Shown here in pieces: positions 47,053-57,014 of a stretch of 64,000 nt of DNA. Source of the stretch: an uncultured Clostridia bacterium (GTDB lineage: Bacteria > Bacillota > Clostridia > Christensenellales > UBA1242); NCBI GenBank assembly GCA_934747385.1, contig CAKVGK010000002.1:66436-130435 (forward strand). The letters are read 5' to 3'. Position numbers and translations under genes: made by a program. Below the pieces are notes generated by a model that saw nothing but the letters and a program-made list of their open reading frames with translations, was not told the origin of the DNA and ran no database searches. Numbering within the stretch: the first letter of the stretch is position 1; the number at the start of each line of letters is the position of its first letter.

Positions 47053-47060
47053 GTAAAAAT

Positions 47061-47090
47061 AAAAATCCACCTCGTAGCGGGTGGATTTTT
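47061..47090. terminator. Bidirectional intrinsic terminator
   Basis: aaaa-atccacc-(8 nt)-ggtggat-tttt. Confidence 0.75.
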
Positions 47091-47117
47091 ATCCTGCTAG
47101 TTGCAAACTACTAGCAA

Positions 47118-47594
47118 TTAAGATAACTTTATTTTTGTTATTTTGTATGCAACGATGCCTGCTGGGGTTTTGATTTGGGAAATCTCGCCAACTTTTTTGT
47201 TCATCAAACCTGCACCAATAGGTGAAACATTGCTTATAATGCCTTTGTATGGGTCGCTGTCGGTGTCGCCAACAATTTTGTATTCAACAACTTGGTTTGT
47301 TTTCATATTTGTTGCGGTAACGGTGCAGCCAACACCAACTTTGCTTGTGTTGACTTTTTTAGGGTCAATAACAACAGCGGATTTCAATTTTTCTTCCAAA
47401 TCAAAAATTTCAGATTCAACGTTGATTTGTTCTTCTCTTGCAATGTCATATTCGCTGTTTTCGCTAAGGTCACCATAACTGCGTGCTTCGGCAAGTTTCT
47501 TAGCAACTTCTTGGCGCTTGGTTGTTTTCAAATATTCTAATCTTTCTTGGGTTTTTTTAAGCCCTTCTGCTGTCATAAAAACTTTTTCGTCCAT
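47118..47594 (-). CDS. greA: Transcription elongation factor GreA
   Basis: MTAEGLKKTQERLEYLK...ARSYGDLSENSEYD. ATG 47594 is preceded by ggag. Confidence 0.92.
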   Translation of the reverse strand: MDEKVFMTAEGLKKTQERLEYLKTTKRQEVAKKLAEARSYGDLSENSEYDIAREEQINVESEIFDLEEKLKSAVVIDPKKVNTSKVGVGCTVTATNMKTNQVVEYKIVGDTDSDPYKGIISNVSPIGAGLMNKKVGEISQIKTPAGIVAYKITKIKLS

Positions 47595-47796
47595 AATAAT
47601 CTCCAATAAAAAAAATTCTATTAAATTTTGTTATAGTAAAATGCACTATAAAACACAAAATTGTAATGATTTCTCATCACAACAGCCCAATTATATCATT
47701 AATTTAAAAGGTTTGTCAAGACTTTTAAGCTTAAATTTCGCTGTAACAATAATATATGCATTTTTTGCAAAAAAGTCACAATTTTTTAAAAGAAAT

Positions 47797-48051
47797 TTAT
47801 TTAAAAATGTGTTGTAAAATAAACTTATCAAAAATAACCGATTCAACAAAATCATCAGGCTTAAAAACGCACATGTTAAACAAGTTAAAGTCGTACACAT
47901 GTTTATCAAGCAAAACAGGGGTAGGGATGTTCAATTTTGCGCATAAGTTCTTTAACATATCAAAAAAACTTGTTGCTTTTTCGTCAACTTCAATTGTTGT
48001 GGACTTGATTATTCTGTCATTCGTTGTTAATTTTCCCCAAATTTTTACCAT
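47797..48051 (-). CDS. Hypothetical 84-aa protein
   Basis: ORF only. No SD and no recognised family. Confidence 0.35.
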   Translation of the reverse strand: MVKIWGKLTTNDRIIKSTTIEVDEKATSFFDMLKNLCAKLNIPTPVLLDKHVYDFNLFNMCVFKPDDFVESVIFDKFILQHIFK

Positions 48052-48135
48052 ATGCTTATTTTATTAAAATCTTAAAATAAAAGCAAACAAAATGCACGCC
48101 TAATACTAATTAAAATATCTTTTGTTTTTATGCGT

Positions 48136-48164
48136 TTGACTTTTAAAATTAAATGTTGTAGTAT
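48136..48164 (+). promoter_or_regulatory. Sigma-A-type promoter placing the transcription start at or next to the ATG of the DUF362 gene (leaderless geometry)
   Basis: TTGACT, 17 nt, TAGTAT. Only 6 nt separate the -10 from ATG 48171, and there is no SD. Confidence 0.5.
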
Positions 48165-48170
48165 CTTTAT

Positions 48171-49340
48171 ATGAAAAATGAAGTTGCAATCAAAAAAATT
48201 GATAGCTATGAGCCACAGACTATAGAATCCGCGCTAACAGAAGTTTTTAATGCACTTGGCTGCAACAAGTTTTTCACACCCAATTTGAATGTACTCATAA
48301 AAATTGATGCAGGTGTGGACGCAAATCCTGACATGGCTCAAACAACAAATCCTGCAGTTGTTCAGGCGGTTATAAACATTGTTTCAGGCTTTGGTGCTAA
48401 ATGCACAATTGTAGATAGCCCAATTAAACAATATACTGAAAATAATTTGGAAAAAATTTATTTTGAAACAGGCATGCTTGAGGTTGCCAACTCTTCAAAA
48501 TGTGAACTGAATCATAATCTCAAAGTCTGCAAGTTGGAAATTCCAAACGGCGTAAAAACCAAATCTGCACTTCTTTTGGAAGTGGTTAAAAAAGCAGACG
48601 CAATAATTAATATCGGCAAAATTAAAGTGGACAAAAATTTGGGCTTTTTGGCAAGTTCGGCAGGGCTGTTTGGGTTTGTTCCTGGCGAAATGAAGCAGAT
48701 TGTTTTAAACAGACTGACCACAGTTGATGATTTTAATAATTACATAATAGACATCGCATCAAGACTTCAAAACAAACTGGTTTTAAATGTCCTTGACGGC
48801 GTGGTTGCACTGGAAAACAATCAAAGCCAAAGAATGACTTCTTGCATTGCAGCGGCTGAAAATATGTTCAGTTTAGATGCAGTTGCAAGCAAAATTATTG
48901 GCATGGATTTGAACGACACTATTGTTAAAACCGCAGCAAATCGTGGCATGATTGACATTAATAACCCTTATAAATTATTGATTGGAGACTTGAACGAACT
49001 TACTCTGGTTGATTTCGATTTTGGCGAAAAAACAAGGCTTTCAAACATTTTTTCAAGCAAAGCTCAACAAAAACATTTCTTTAACCAACACCAACAACGT
49101 GTAACAATCAATCCAAAGAAGTGTAAAGGGTGCGGCAGGTGTGCCAGCATTTGTACAGCCAATGCAATTACAATGAAAATAGATAAAAATGGCGAATTAT
49201 TTGCGAAAGTGGACTATTCAAAATGCATATTTTGCAAAAAATGTTACACGGCTTGCCCATATTCGGTTGTTAACCTTAAAACCCCAATTGGTTACAAGAT
49301 GATCAATCACAGCGTAACAAAATTCAACAAACAAAGTTAA
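48171..49340 (+). CDS. DUF362-type protein with C-terminal 2x[4Fe-4S] ferredoxin domain
   Basis: CKGCGRCASICTANAI and CIFCKKCYTACPYS motifs. The N-terminal ~300 aa resembles the DUF362 family (from memory). Confidence 0.65.
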   Translation: MKNEVAIKKIDSYEPQTIESALTEVFNALGCNKFFTPNLNVLIKIDAGVDANPDMAQTTNPAVVQAVINIVSGFGAKCTIVDSPIKQYTENNLEKIYFETGMLEVANSSKCELNHNLKVCKLEIPNGVKTKSALLLEVVKKADAIINIGKIKVDKNLGFLASSAGLFGFVPGEMKQIVLNRLTTVDDFNNYIIDIASRLQNKLVLNVLDGVVALENNQSQRMTSCIAAAENMFSLDAVASKIIGMDLNDTIVKTAANRGMIDINNPYKLLIGDLNELTLVDFDFGEKTRLSNIFSSKAQQKHFFNQHQQRVTINPKKCKGCGRCASICTANAITMKIDKNGELFAKVDYSKCIFCKKCYTACPYSVVNLKTPIGYKMINHSVTKFNKQS

Positions 49341-49358
49341 GCACTTAGGTGCTTTTTT
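49340..49358 (+). terminator. Intrinsic terminator
   Basis: agcac-ttag-gtgct-tttttt. Confidence 0.6.
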
Positions 49359-49440
49359 GTTTTGTCAGCAGCCTGAACGCAACATGAAGTTTGTTTGCAT
49401 AAATTTTGGCAGTTAATCCACAATAAATTAAGAGGAATTT

Positions 49441-49695
49441 ATGTTAAGATTAATTGCTTTTATTTTAACTTGTTTGGGCGGAATTAATTGGCTGATGATT
49501 GGGTCTTTGCAATACGATTTTATTGCTGGTCTGTTTGGCACGCAAGCCAACATTTTTAGCCGCATAATTTATGTTATTATTGGTGTTGCAACGGCTTATA
49601 TTATGTTTGTAACATTGTTCAATAAGGGCAGACTTAAATTGTTTGGCTACAAAAAACCAAAACAACCGAAGCCAAAATTTGATGACGAATTTTAA
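49441..49695 (+). CDS. DUF378-family small membrane protein
   Basis: GGINWLMIG...GL motif and two TM segments. SD aagagga. Confidence 0.7.
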   Translation: MLRLIAFILTCLGGINWLMIGSLQYDFIAGLFGTQANIFSRIIYVIIGVATAYIMFVTLFNKGRLKLFGYKKPKQPKPKFDDEF

Positions 49696-49724
49696 AAAAA
49701 CTCATTATAACAATGAGTTTTTTT
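49694..49724. terminator. Bidirectional intrinsic terminator
   Basis: aaaaaaa-ctcatt-ataac-aatgag-ttttttt. Confidence 0.75.
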
Positions 49725-49754
49725 GTTGTTAAATTTTTAAATGTTGCAAGCTAG

Positions 49755-52700
49755 TTAATCCACAACAACAATGTCGTTTTTATCTAAAATGGTTTCAAGT
49801 TCAAAAATCAAACTTTGCCTGATTGTGACGCCTTGTTTAAGTTTGTACGCTTGATTAGAGCCTGTGTCCTTAATAAAAACTTGGTCTAAGCCAATGTAAC
49901 TATCTAAAATAGTTTTAACTGCTTGGTGCAAAACGCCATCATTCATGTTGTATCTTAAACACAATTTTTTAGTTTTGACAATTTCAATTTCTGTTTCAAC
50001 TGGCTTTTCCTCGGTGACTTGGTCGCTGCTGTGGTCGGTGAGCGGCTCAATATTGTCAACATTAATTGTTGGGCGTTTGCCATCTCTAACAGAAAACCTG
50101 CCTTTAATTGCAACCAAACTGTCTTTTTGAATGTCGTCTTTAAACTTGTCGTAAGATTTGTTAAACAGAATAGCATCGAAATTACCAGTCAAATCTTCAA
50201 TCGTCAAGAAAGCCATTTTGCTGCCAGACTTTGTTTGAATGGTTTTAATTTCAGTTATAACGCCACCACAACTCACAATGTCACCATTTTTTAAGCCGTT
50301 ATATAAATCTTCCTGAGTGTTAAATTCTTCCACGCCGTCATTGCCAGACATTTCGTTTTCGTCCTCAAGACTTTCGCTAGGAATCATGCTTGAATCAAAC
50401 GTAAAGTTCTTAATAACGTCCATGAAGCCGTCAAGAGGGTGACCAGAAAGATATGTGCCAGAAATTTCACGCTCGTATTGAAGTTTAACAGTGTTTACAA
50501 ATTCGTTAATATTTGGGTATTCGTTTTCTTCAATCAAATTTGTGTCTTCAATAATGTCGCCAAACAAATCCATTTGCCCGTTCATAGACTTCTTTTTGCG
50601 TTCAAGTGCTCGGTCAACCATAATGCTGTAAACCGCCATAAGTTGGCTGCGAGGGCGATTGAAGCAGTCAAACGCGCCAGCCTTAATAAGCGATTCAATA
50701 CACCTTTTGTTAAGAGCCTGTGAATTGCTTCGCCAAATAAAGTCCGCCAAATCCTTATAATTGCCGTTTGCTTGCCTTTCAGCAATGATTTCATCAATAA
50801 CGCCAATGCCCACGTTTTTCAGTGCGGCAAGACCAAATCGAATAACTTTTCCGTCCGTGCTAAAATATGTTTCACTCAAATTAATATCAGGTGGCAAAAC
50901 TTGAATTTTTTCTCGCTTTGCGTAGGCAATATAATATTTAAGTTTATCAATGTTTGTTATGCGGTTGTTCAATGTTGCAGTAATAAATTCTGGCAGATAA
51001 TATGTTTTTAAATACGCAGTTTGGTAGGTGATAAGAGAATATGCCGCAGCATGTGATTTGTTAAACGCATAGGAAGCAAATGTTTCCATTTTGTTCCAAA
51101 TGCTTAAGGCAATGTCTTCTGGCACACCACGCTTAACAGCACCATCAATGGCTGCGCTATATTTGCCGTGATCGTCAGTCATTGCTTCTCGTCCATGCAA
51201 GAACGCTTCTTTCCATTTAAGCATTTGGTCAAGTTTCTTTTTGCCCATGGCTTTACGAATTGCGTCCGCCTGTCCAAGCGTAAATCCGCCCATTTCTTGA
51301 CAAATTTTCATAACCTGTTCTTGGTACACAATGCAGCCATAAGTAACTTTCAAAATTGGTTCAAGAATAGGGTGCTCATATTTTGTGTCTTCAGGGTGGT
51401 GTTTGTTGTGAACATATTGAGGAATACTGTCCATAGGGCCGGGGCGGTAGAGCGAAACCGCCGCCACAATATCTTCTATACAAGTTGGTTGCAACTCCTT
51501 CATAAATTTTTGGAAACCAGCCGATTCAATTTGGAAAATACCTTCTGTGTTACCAGTGGAAATAAGTTTGAACACGTTAGGGTCGTCGTAATTGGACTTT
51601 TTAAAGTCAATTTTAACCCCATGATTTTTTTCAACAAGTTTAGTCGTTTCCACAATATCGGTTAAGTTCCTGAGCCCCAAAAAGTCCATTTTCAGGTGAC
51701 CCAAACGCTCCATGTCTGCGCCCTGATATTGCGTTGTTATGTCTTCTTGGTTGCGTGCAAGAGGAACATGCCTGTCCAGCACGTCAGCACCAATAATAAC
51801 GCCGCACGCGTGCATACTGCTTTGGCGAGGGAAGTCTTCCACTTTCATGGCAATGTCAACAACTTTTTTAACTTGAGGGTCGGTGTTATACATTTCAATA
51901 AGTTCAGGCACAGCATAAATAGTGCCAAAATCTTTGTCGCCCTCTTTTGGAATGTGGAAGCCAAACGCTTTTGGCAAAATTGGACTTTTGTACATAGGAA
52001 TATTTTTTGTGATTTTGTCACAAACATTGTAAGGCACACGCAAAACACGACCAACGTCTTTAATTGCGTTTTTCGCTTTCATTGTGCCAAAAGTTACAAT
52101 ACGAGCAATGTGGTCATTGCCATACTTGCGCCTAACGTAGGCAATAACTTCATCGCGACGTGTGTCTTGAAAGTCGATATCAAAGTCGGGTGCAGTTACA
52201 CGTTCGCTGTTCAAAAAGCGCTCGAAGAATAGGTCATATTTAAGGGGGTCAATGTCAGTAATGCCAATGGCATACGCCACAAGCGAGCCCGCACCAGAAC
52301 CACGCCCAGGACCAACAGAAATGCCCATGTTTCGCGCAGCATTAATATAATCCCACACAATCAAAAAGTATTCAATGAAACCCTGCTTTTCAATAACACC
52401 CATTTCAGTTGCAATACGGTCACGAATAACGTCGGTGTAATCCCCATATTTCTGCTTAATGCCTTTGTCAATCAGGTTCATAATAAATTCTTTTGGAGTG
52501 TTACCAACTTGGTCGTTATAGCCTCCTTCTGGGGTGTAGTGAGGGAACAAATATTTGCCAAACTCAAACTCAACATTGCATTTTTCAGCAATCTCAATGG
52601 TTGTGTCCAGCGCTTGCTCGTCCTCTGGCAAACCTTCAAGCATTTGGTCGTAAGTTTTAAAATAAAGTTCGTCGGTAGGGAATTTAAGCCTGTCTGGGTC

Positions 52701-53384
52701 ATCAACAAACTTTTGCATGGCAACGCACATTAAAACGTCTTGCATTTCAGCGTCTTCTTTAAAAAGATAATGCACGTCGTTGGTTGCAACAAGTTTAATG
52801 TCTAATTTTTTGCTGTATTCACGCAATTTTGCATTAACAATTTCTTGCTCTGGCAGACCATTGTGTTGAATTTCAAGGTAAAAATCCTCTTTAAAAATGT
52901 TTTTAAACCATAAAATCAATTGTTCTGCTTTTTCAAATTGGTCTTGTAAAATAAGTTTTGGAATGTCTCCTGCAAGGCAGGCAGAAAGGCAAACCAAACC
53001 TTCGTGATATTTCTCCAAGGTTTTGTAGTCTATGCGAGGTTTATAATAGAAACCATCACGGAACGCAATGGTGTTAAGCATGCTCAAATTTTTGTAGCCT
53101 TGCTCGTCTTTTGCCAAAATGATGAGGTGAGAATTTTTTTGCTTGCCAGTTTTAACGGTCAAATCGTCTGCAACATAAAACTCACAACCAATAATAGGCT
53201 TAATGCCAGCGTCTTTGCACGCGTCATAAAAGGTGATAACACCATACATGTTGCCGTGATCAGTGATTGCAATGGCGGGCATGCCATATTCTTTTGCAAG
53301 TTTCACAACCTTTTTAATGCGGGTTGCACCATCAAGCAACGAAAATTCTGTGTGCAAATGCAAGTGAACGAATGGTTTCATCAA
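49755..53384 (-). CDS. dnaE: DNA polymerase III alpha subunit (DnaE type)
   Basis: N-terminal PHP domain HLHLHTEFSLLDG, catalytic PDFDIDF, C-terminal OB fold. 1209 aa. Confidence 0.96.
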   Translation of the reverse strand: MMKPFVHLHLHTEFSLLDGATRIKKVVKLAKEYGMPAIAITDHGNMYGVITFYDACKDAGIKPIIGCEFYVADDLTVKTGKQKNSHLIILAKDEQGYKNLSMLNTIAFRDGFYYKPRIDYKTLEKYHEGLVCLSACLAGDIPKLILQDQFEKAEQLILWFKNIFKEDFYLEIQHNGLPEQEIVNAKLREYSKKLDIKLVATNDVHYLFKEDAEMQDVLMCVAMQKFVDDPDRLKFPTDELYFKTYDQMLEGLPEDEQALDTTIEIAEKCNVEFEFGKYLFPHYTPEGGYNDQVGNTPKEFIMNLIDKGIKQKYGDYTDVIRDRIATEMGVIEKQGFIEYFLIVWDYINAARNMGISVGPGRGSGAGSLVAYAIGITDIDPLKYDLFFERFLNSERVTAPDFDIDFQDTRRDEVIAYVRRKYGNDHIARIVTFGTMKAKNAIKDVGRVLRVPYNVCDKITKNIPMYKSPILPKAFGFHIPKEGDKDFGTIYAVPELIEMYNTDPQVKKVVDIAMKVEDFPRQSSMHACGVIIGADVLDRHVPLARNQEDITTQYQGADMERLGHLKMDFLGLRNLTDIVETTKLVEKNHGVKIDFKKSNYDDPNVFKLISTGNTEGIFQIESAGFQKFMKELQPTCIEDIVAAVSLYRPGPMDSIPQYVHNKHHPEDTKYEHPILEPILKVTYGCIVYQEQVMKICQEMGGFTLGQADAIRKAMGKKKLDQMLKWKEAFLHGREAMTDDHGKYSAAIDGAVKRGVPEDIALSIWNKMETFASYAFNKSHAAAYSLITYQTAYLKTYYLPEFITATLNNRITNIDKLKYYIAYAKREKIQVLPPDINLSETYFSTDGKVIRFGLAALKNVGIGVIDEIIAERQANGNYKDLADFIWRSNSQALNKRCIESLIKAGAFDCFNRPRSQLMAVYSIMVDRALERKKKSMNGQMDLFGDIIEDTNLIEENEYPNINEFVNTVKLQYEREISGTYLSGHPLDGFMDVIKNFTFDSSMIPSESLEDENEMSGNDGVEEFNTQEDLYNGLKNGDIVSCGGVITEIKTIQTKSGSKMAFLTIEDLTGNFDAILFNKSYDKFKDDIQKDSLVAIKGRFSVRDGKRPTINVDNIEPLTDHSSDQVTEEKPVETEIEIVKTKKLCLRYNMNDGVLHQAVKTILDSYIGLDQVFIKDTGSNQAYKLKQGVTIRQSLIFELETILDKNDIVVVD

Positions 53385-54259
53385 TTTTCTCCTTTATGTT
53401 TATTGTAAATATCAATAATTTTGTCCAAGCGATATTTTATTCCAGCACGGCTTATGTTTTTGCCCAAAATCTGCTGCAGTTCACTTAATGGAAGATATGG
53501 ATTAGCATAACGCAAAAGCGCAAGTTCTTTCAAGTTGTCGTCAAGCAAATCCAAGTTGTCGGTGTCAATAAAATAATTAATCGCTTTCATCTGCTCGGCA
53601 CTGGCGGAAAGAGTTTTGTCCAAATTAGATTCAAAACAATTGTTTTGCCTGTTGGCGCTGTTGCGCATTTCTCGCATTGCAAGGCTGTTTTGCACTTCAA
53701 GGGCAGTGTAGGCCGCACCAAGACGCACCAAAAAGTCACAAACAACTTCACTATGTTTGTTGTAAAAAACTATTCCATTTTGCCTTTGTTTGTGTTTGAA
53801 ATCAAAATTAAATGTTTTAAGCAACTTTTCAAGCAAAAACTGCCTTTCTGGCTTAATAAAAAATTCAATGTTATAACCTTTTGAGTTATGATTGCTGTTA
53901 AATTCGCAATAAAAATTGCCACAAATCAAAAATAAGGTTTTAAGCAGAGTAAGTTGGTCACACTCGCTGTCAAACACATCATAATTAGGGGTGACGGAAA
54001 TATTGCAGTCAGCCAAAATTAAGCGCACGTCCCCAGAAACAAGCAAAAAATCCTTCCATGTGTTAATCACCATGTTAGGGTAAAAGTTCGTTATAATTTT
54101 CATTGCTTTTTCGCAAATGTCGCTGTCTGCACTTATAAGCAGCCTTGAATTTTTTTCGTCAACAAAGCCGCAAAAATCCACAACAACCGCTAAAAAAGCA
54201 TGGCTACAACAACTGTTTGACGCTATTGAATTTAAGATTTGCTGTTTGTAGCCAATCAT
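53381..54259 (-). CDS. whiA: DNA-binding protein WhiA
   Basis: Degenerate LAGLIDADG-type scaffold and a C-terminal HTH (ISRAGIKYRLDKI). ATGA overlap with dnaE. Confidence 0.85.
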   Translation of the reverse strand: MIGYKQQILNSIASNSCCSHAFLAVVVDFCGFVDEKNSRLLISADSDICEKAMKIITNFYPNMVINTWKDFLLVSGDVRLILADCNISVTPNYDVFDSECDQLTLLKTLFLICGNFYCEFNSNHNSKGYNIEFFIKPERQFLLEKLLKTFNFDFKHKQRQNGIVFYNKHSEVVCDFLVRLGAAYTALEVQNSLAMREMRNSANRQNNCFESNLDKTLSASAEQMKAINYFIDTDNLDLLDDNLKELALLRYANPYLPLSELQQILGKNISRAGIKYRLDKIIDIYNKHKGEN

Positions 54260-54264
54260 AATAT

Positions 54265-55041
54265 TTAACTCCTTTTCTTACGTTTTTCTTTTTTAAATTT
54301 TGGCAAATCGTTGTAGTTAACAATGCAACTATCAGGCAACCTTAACCTTAAAGCGGCTTGCAAACCAAGGTGGCAATCACCCACACGTTTGCAGTGGTGT
54401 GCGTCGCTGTCCAAAACAAATTTGCAACCAAGATTGTAGCAGGTCAAAATTTCCTCATCGCTCATGCCAAGGCGCTTGCCATTAAGTTCAATCAAAGTGT
54501 TGGTTTCTTTTGCCACACGTGCAACCTTTTCAACGTCCACTTTGCAGTTGTGGTTAAGGTGGGTTAGAATGTCAATATCGTACTTTCTCATGGCGTTTAT
54601 GTAAGCATTGGTGTTCTTTTCACGCTGGCGTTTGCCTGTGTGATGGAAAAAACTGCACAGCACATTTCTTATAACAAATTTCCATTGTTCACGTGTGCTT
54701 GTTGATTTAACCAATTTGTGAAAACCACACAAAACAATGTCCAGATTATCATAATCTGAATCAATAATATCAATATTTCCTTGGCTATCAAGCAAATTGG
54801 CTTCCACTCCAAGCAAAACGTCAATAGGGTAGCGCTCTTTTGCGTCCTCAATGTCTGCTTTAACCTGTGAAATGTCTTTGCGCCTAACGCCAAAAGTTTT
54901 TTGGTTAAACCCGTGGTCAGTTATTGCAATTTGCCTTAATCCCTTTTCATATGCAACACGCACATTTTCTTCCACAGTGGACTTGCCGTGGCCGTTGCGT
55001 GAGTATTTTGTATGTGTGTGGTAGTCTGCTAAAATAGCCAT
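54265..55041 (-). CDS. PHP-domain phosphoesterase (histidinol-phosphatase family)
   Basis: ADYHTHTKYS...ITDHG...DSDAHH metal-ligand pattern. Confidence 0.75.
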   Translation of the reverse strand: MAILADYHTHTKYSRNGHGKSTVEENVRVAYEKGLRQIAITDHGFNQKTFGVRRKDISQVKADIEDAKERYPIDVLLGVEANLLDSQGNIDIIDSDYDNLDIVLCGFHKLVKSTSTREQWKFVIRNVLCSFFHHTGKRQREKNTNAYINAMRKYDIDILTHLNHNCKVDVEKVARVAKETNTLIELNGKRLGMSDEEILTCYNLGCKFVLDSDAHHCKRVGDCHLGLQAALRLRLPDSCIVNYNDLPKFKKEKRKKRS

Positions 55042-55134
55042 AATTTTCTCCTGTTAGTTATTATAACACGACAAACAAAAAAAAACAATCAAACACCTCA
55101 ATAAATTTTTTAGTTTATGTGTCAAATTGTTTTT

Positions 55135-56037
55135 TTAAAATTCAACATATTCAATTTCACGCTCAAGGGTGGCGGAACATTTTGAATATATCTCATCTTG
55201 AATTAGTTTAATCAAAAACTTCACTTGCTGTGAACTTGCCGAGCCAAGGTTAACAATAAATCCAGCGTGTTTAATTGAAATTTGCGCATCTCCAACACTC
55301 AGTCCTTTAAGCCCGCTTTCATCAATCAATTTTGCGGGAATAACTGTTGTTCTTTTAAAAATGCTGCCAGCAGAAGGGAGGTCGATTGGTTGGCTTTCTT
55401 GCTTTTTGGTCAATGCTTGTTTAAAATTTCTCTCAATTTTTTCCGCTTTGTCAGGGGCGAGGTGTAATTTTGCTTTGGTTATTATAAAATTATTGGTTTT
55501 AAAAATGCTGCTTCGATATTCAAATTTGCACTCATTGCCAGTGAATTTTGCGCGTTTAAATTTTCCGTTTATAACAAAAAATCCTTTAACCCATTTAACC
55601 GTTTCAGCAATTTCATGCCCCCAAGCACCAAGATTGTTTGTTATTGCACCTCCAAGTGAAGAGGGTATTGCAGCAAAATGTTCCAAACCAGATAAATGTT
55701 TATTTTTAGCCCAATTTATTAGTCTTCCAATTCCACAACCCGCGTCAGCAACAACATTTACATTAGCACCCCAAATTTTGTCCGCACGATTGACGATGAT
55801 TGCACCATCAAAGCCGCGGTCGTCAAACAAAATATTTGCTCCGCAGCCAATAATTTTGAACTTTGTTTTAACTTTTAAACACCATTTAATAGCCTTTTTT
55901 AAGCCCTTTATGGAGTGAACAATAAAAAGATATTTAGCATCTCCTCCAATTTTGAAAGTGCAAAAATCTTTAAGTGGTTTATTGATATAAAATTCAAAAT
56001 GTTTATTTGTTTTCATACATTTAAAAAGCATTTTCAA
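55135..56037 (-). CDS. murB: UDP-N-acetylenolpyruvoylglucosamine reductase
   Basis: FAD-binding FKIGGDAKY, IIGCGANILFDD, PSAGSIFKR, C-terminal MurB domain. Confidence 0.9.
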   Translation of the reverse strand: MKMLFKCMKTNKHFEFYINKPLKDFCTFKIGGDAKYLFIVHSIKGLKKAIKWCLKVKTKFKIIGCGANILFDDRGFDGAIIVNRADKIWGANVNVVADAGCGIGRLINWAKNKHLSGLEHFAAIPSSLGGAITNNLGAWGHEIAETVKWVKGFFVINGKFKRAKFTGNECKFEYRSSIFKTNNFIITKAKLHLAPDKAEKIERNFKQALTKKQESQPIDLPSAGSIFKRTTVIPAKLIDESGLKGLSVGDAQISIKHAGFIVNLGSASSQQVKFLIKLIQDEIYSKCSATLEREIEYVEF

Positions 56038-56974
56038 TTTTGCATTTTAAAATTGCCTGCTCCATGTCATTATATATGCCGTCAAAATATAGTTTGGTGT
56101 TTAAACTTGAAAACAAGTTATATTTGGTTAGCGTTGCCTGATTTTCCTCATTCAACACAAGCGAGCAGAACTTTTCAATCATATCATCAGTTCTGGTCCT
56201 TGCAATGTATTGAATTAGGTCAGTATAGGTTTCAATTGGTGTGATTTTGGCGTTGGTTCTGCCAATTTTGTTAAGATTATCAATTCTAAACACGTCACGT
56301 GCACTTCCAAGCAAGGCATGGTCGTGGTGATAAACAAAGTTCTTATAAGTTTCAAATTGAGTGCCAAAGTTTTTAATATGTTTTTGCGCGGAAGAAATGG
56401 CTTTTTCAGGGGAAATAAAGCCAGATGTGCCATATTCAATTGAATTTTCAACCTCACCATGAGAGAAAAGAGCATAGCCGCTCACAATGTAAGGTAGGGC
56501 ATAAACCTTGCCGTTAAAACTGCCAGCCTCAACCAATTTGCCCCGCACGCCGTATGTATTTGAAAAAGTTTCCAATTTGCTTAAAACAATTTTTCCAACT
56601 CCTTGTCCAAAAGAAAAAATGTCTGGCACACTTTCCAAAAGGTGGTCAGCCAATTTGTTTGGATCAATGCTTTGAATGTTAAAAAGAACCCCAGGGTTTT
56701 GTTTTTCTAGTCCTCGCGCAATGTTTTTTAAGTAATTAATGCGTGGCGCGCTGCCGCCCTCAAAGGTTTCAACGTGCCACACGGTATAAATGGAAGTTTC
56801 GGCAGTTTTTTTGTTGTATATGGCAAACTCTTTTGCTTTTTTTATGCCAAACACACAAACATAAATGCTTATTGCCAAAACACAGCAAACGTTAATAACT
56901 TTAAGTATAATCTTTTTGTTCCATTTGATTGTAAACTTGTTTTTCATATAACAATCTATGAAAAGTTCACGCAA
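56021..56974 (-). CDS. Hypothetical membrane-anchored extracytoplasmic protein (solute-binding-protein-like?)
   Basis: N-terminal TM segment VINVCCVLAISIYVCVF followed by a ~270-aa soluble domain. The start is uncertain (TTG 56974 or ATG 56947). Confidence 0.45.
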   Translation of the reverse strand: MRELFIDCYMKNKFTIKWNKKIILKVINVCCVLAISIYVCVFGIKKAKEFAIYNKKTAETSIYTVWHVETFEGGSAPRINYLKNIARGLEKQNPGVLFNIQSIDPNKLADHLLESVPDIFSFGQGVGKIVLSKLETFSNTYGVRGKLVEAGSFNGKVYALPYIVSGYALFSHGEVENSIEYGTSGFISPEKAISSAQKHIKNFGTQFETYKNFVYHHDHALLGSARDVFRIDNLNKIGRTNAKITPIETYTDLIQYIARTRTDDMIEKFCSLVLNEENQATLTKYNLFSSLNTKLYFDGIYNDMEQAILKCKIENAF

Positions 56975-57014
56975 ATTATTTTAAAAAGGCGGTATTTTGT
57001 GGTATAATAATTTT

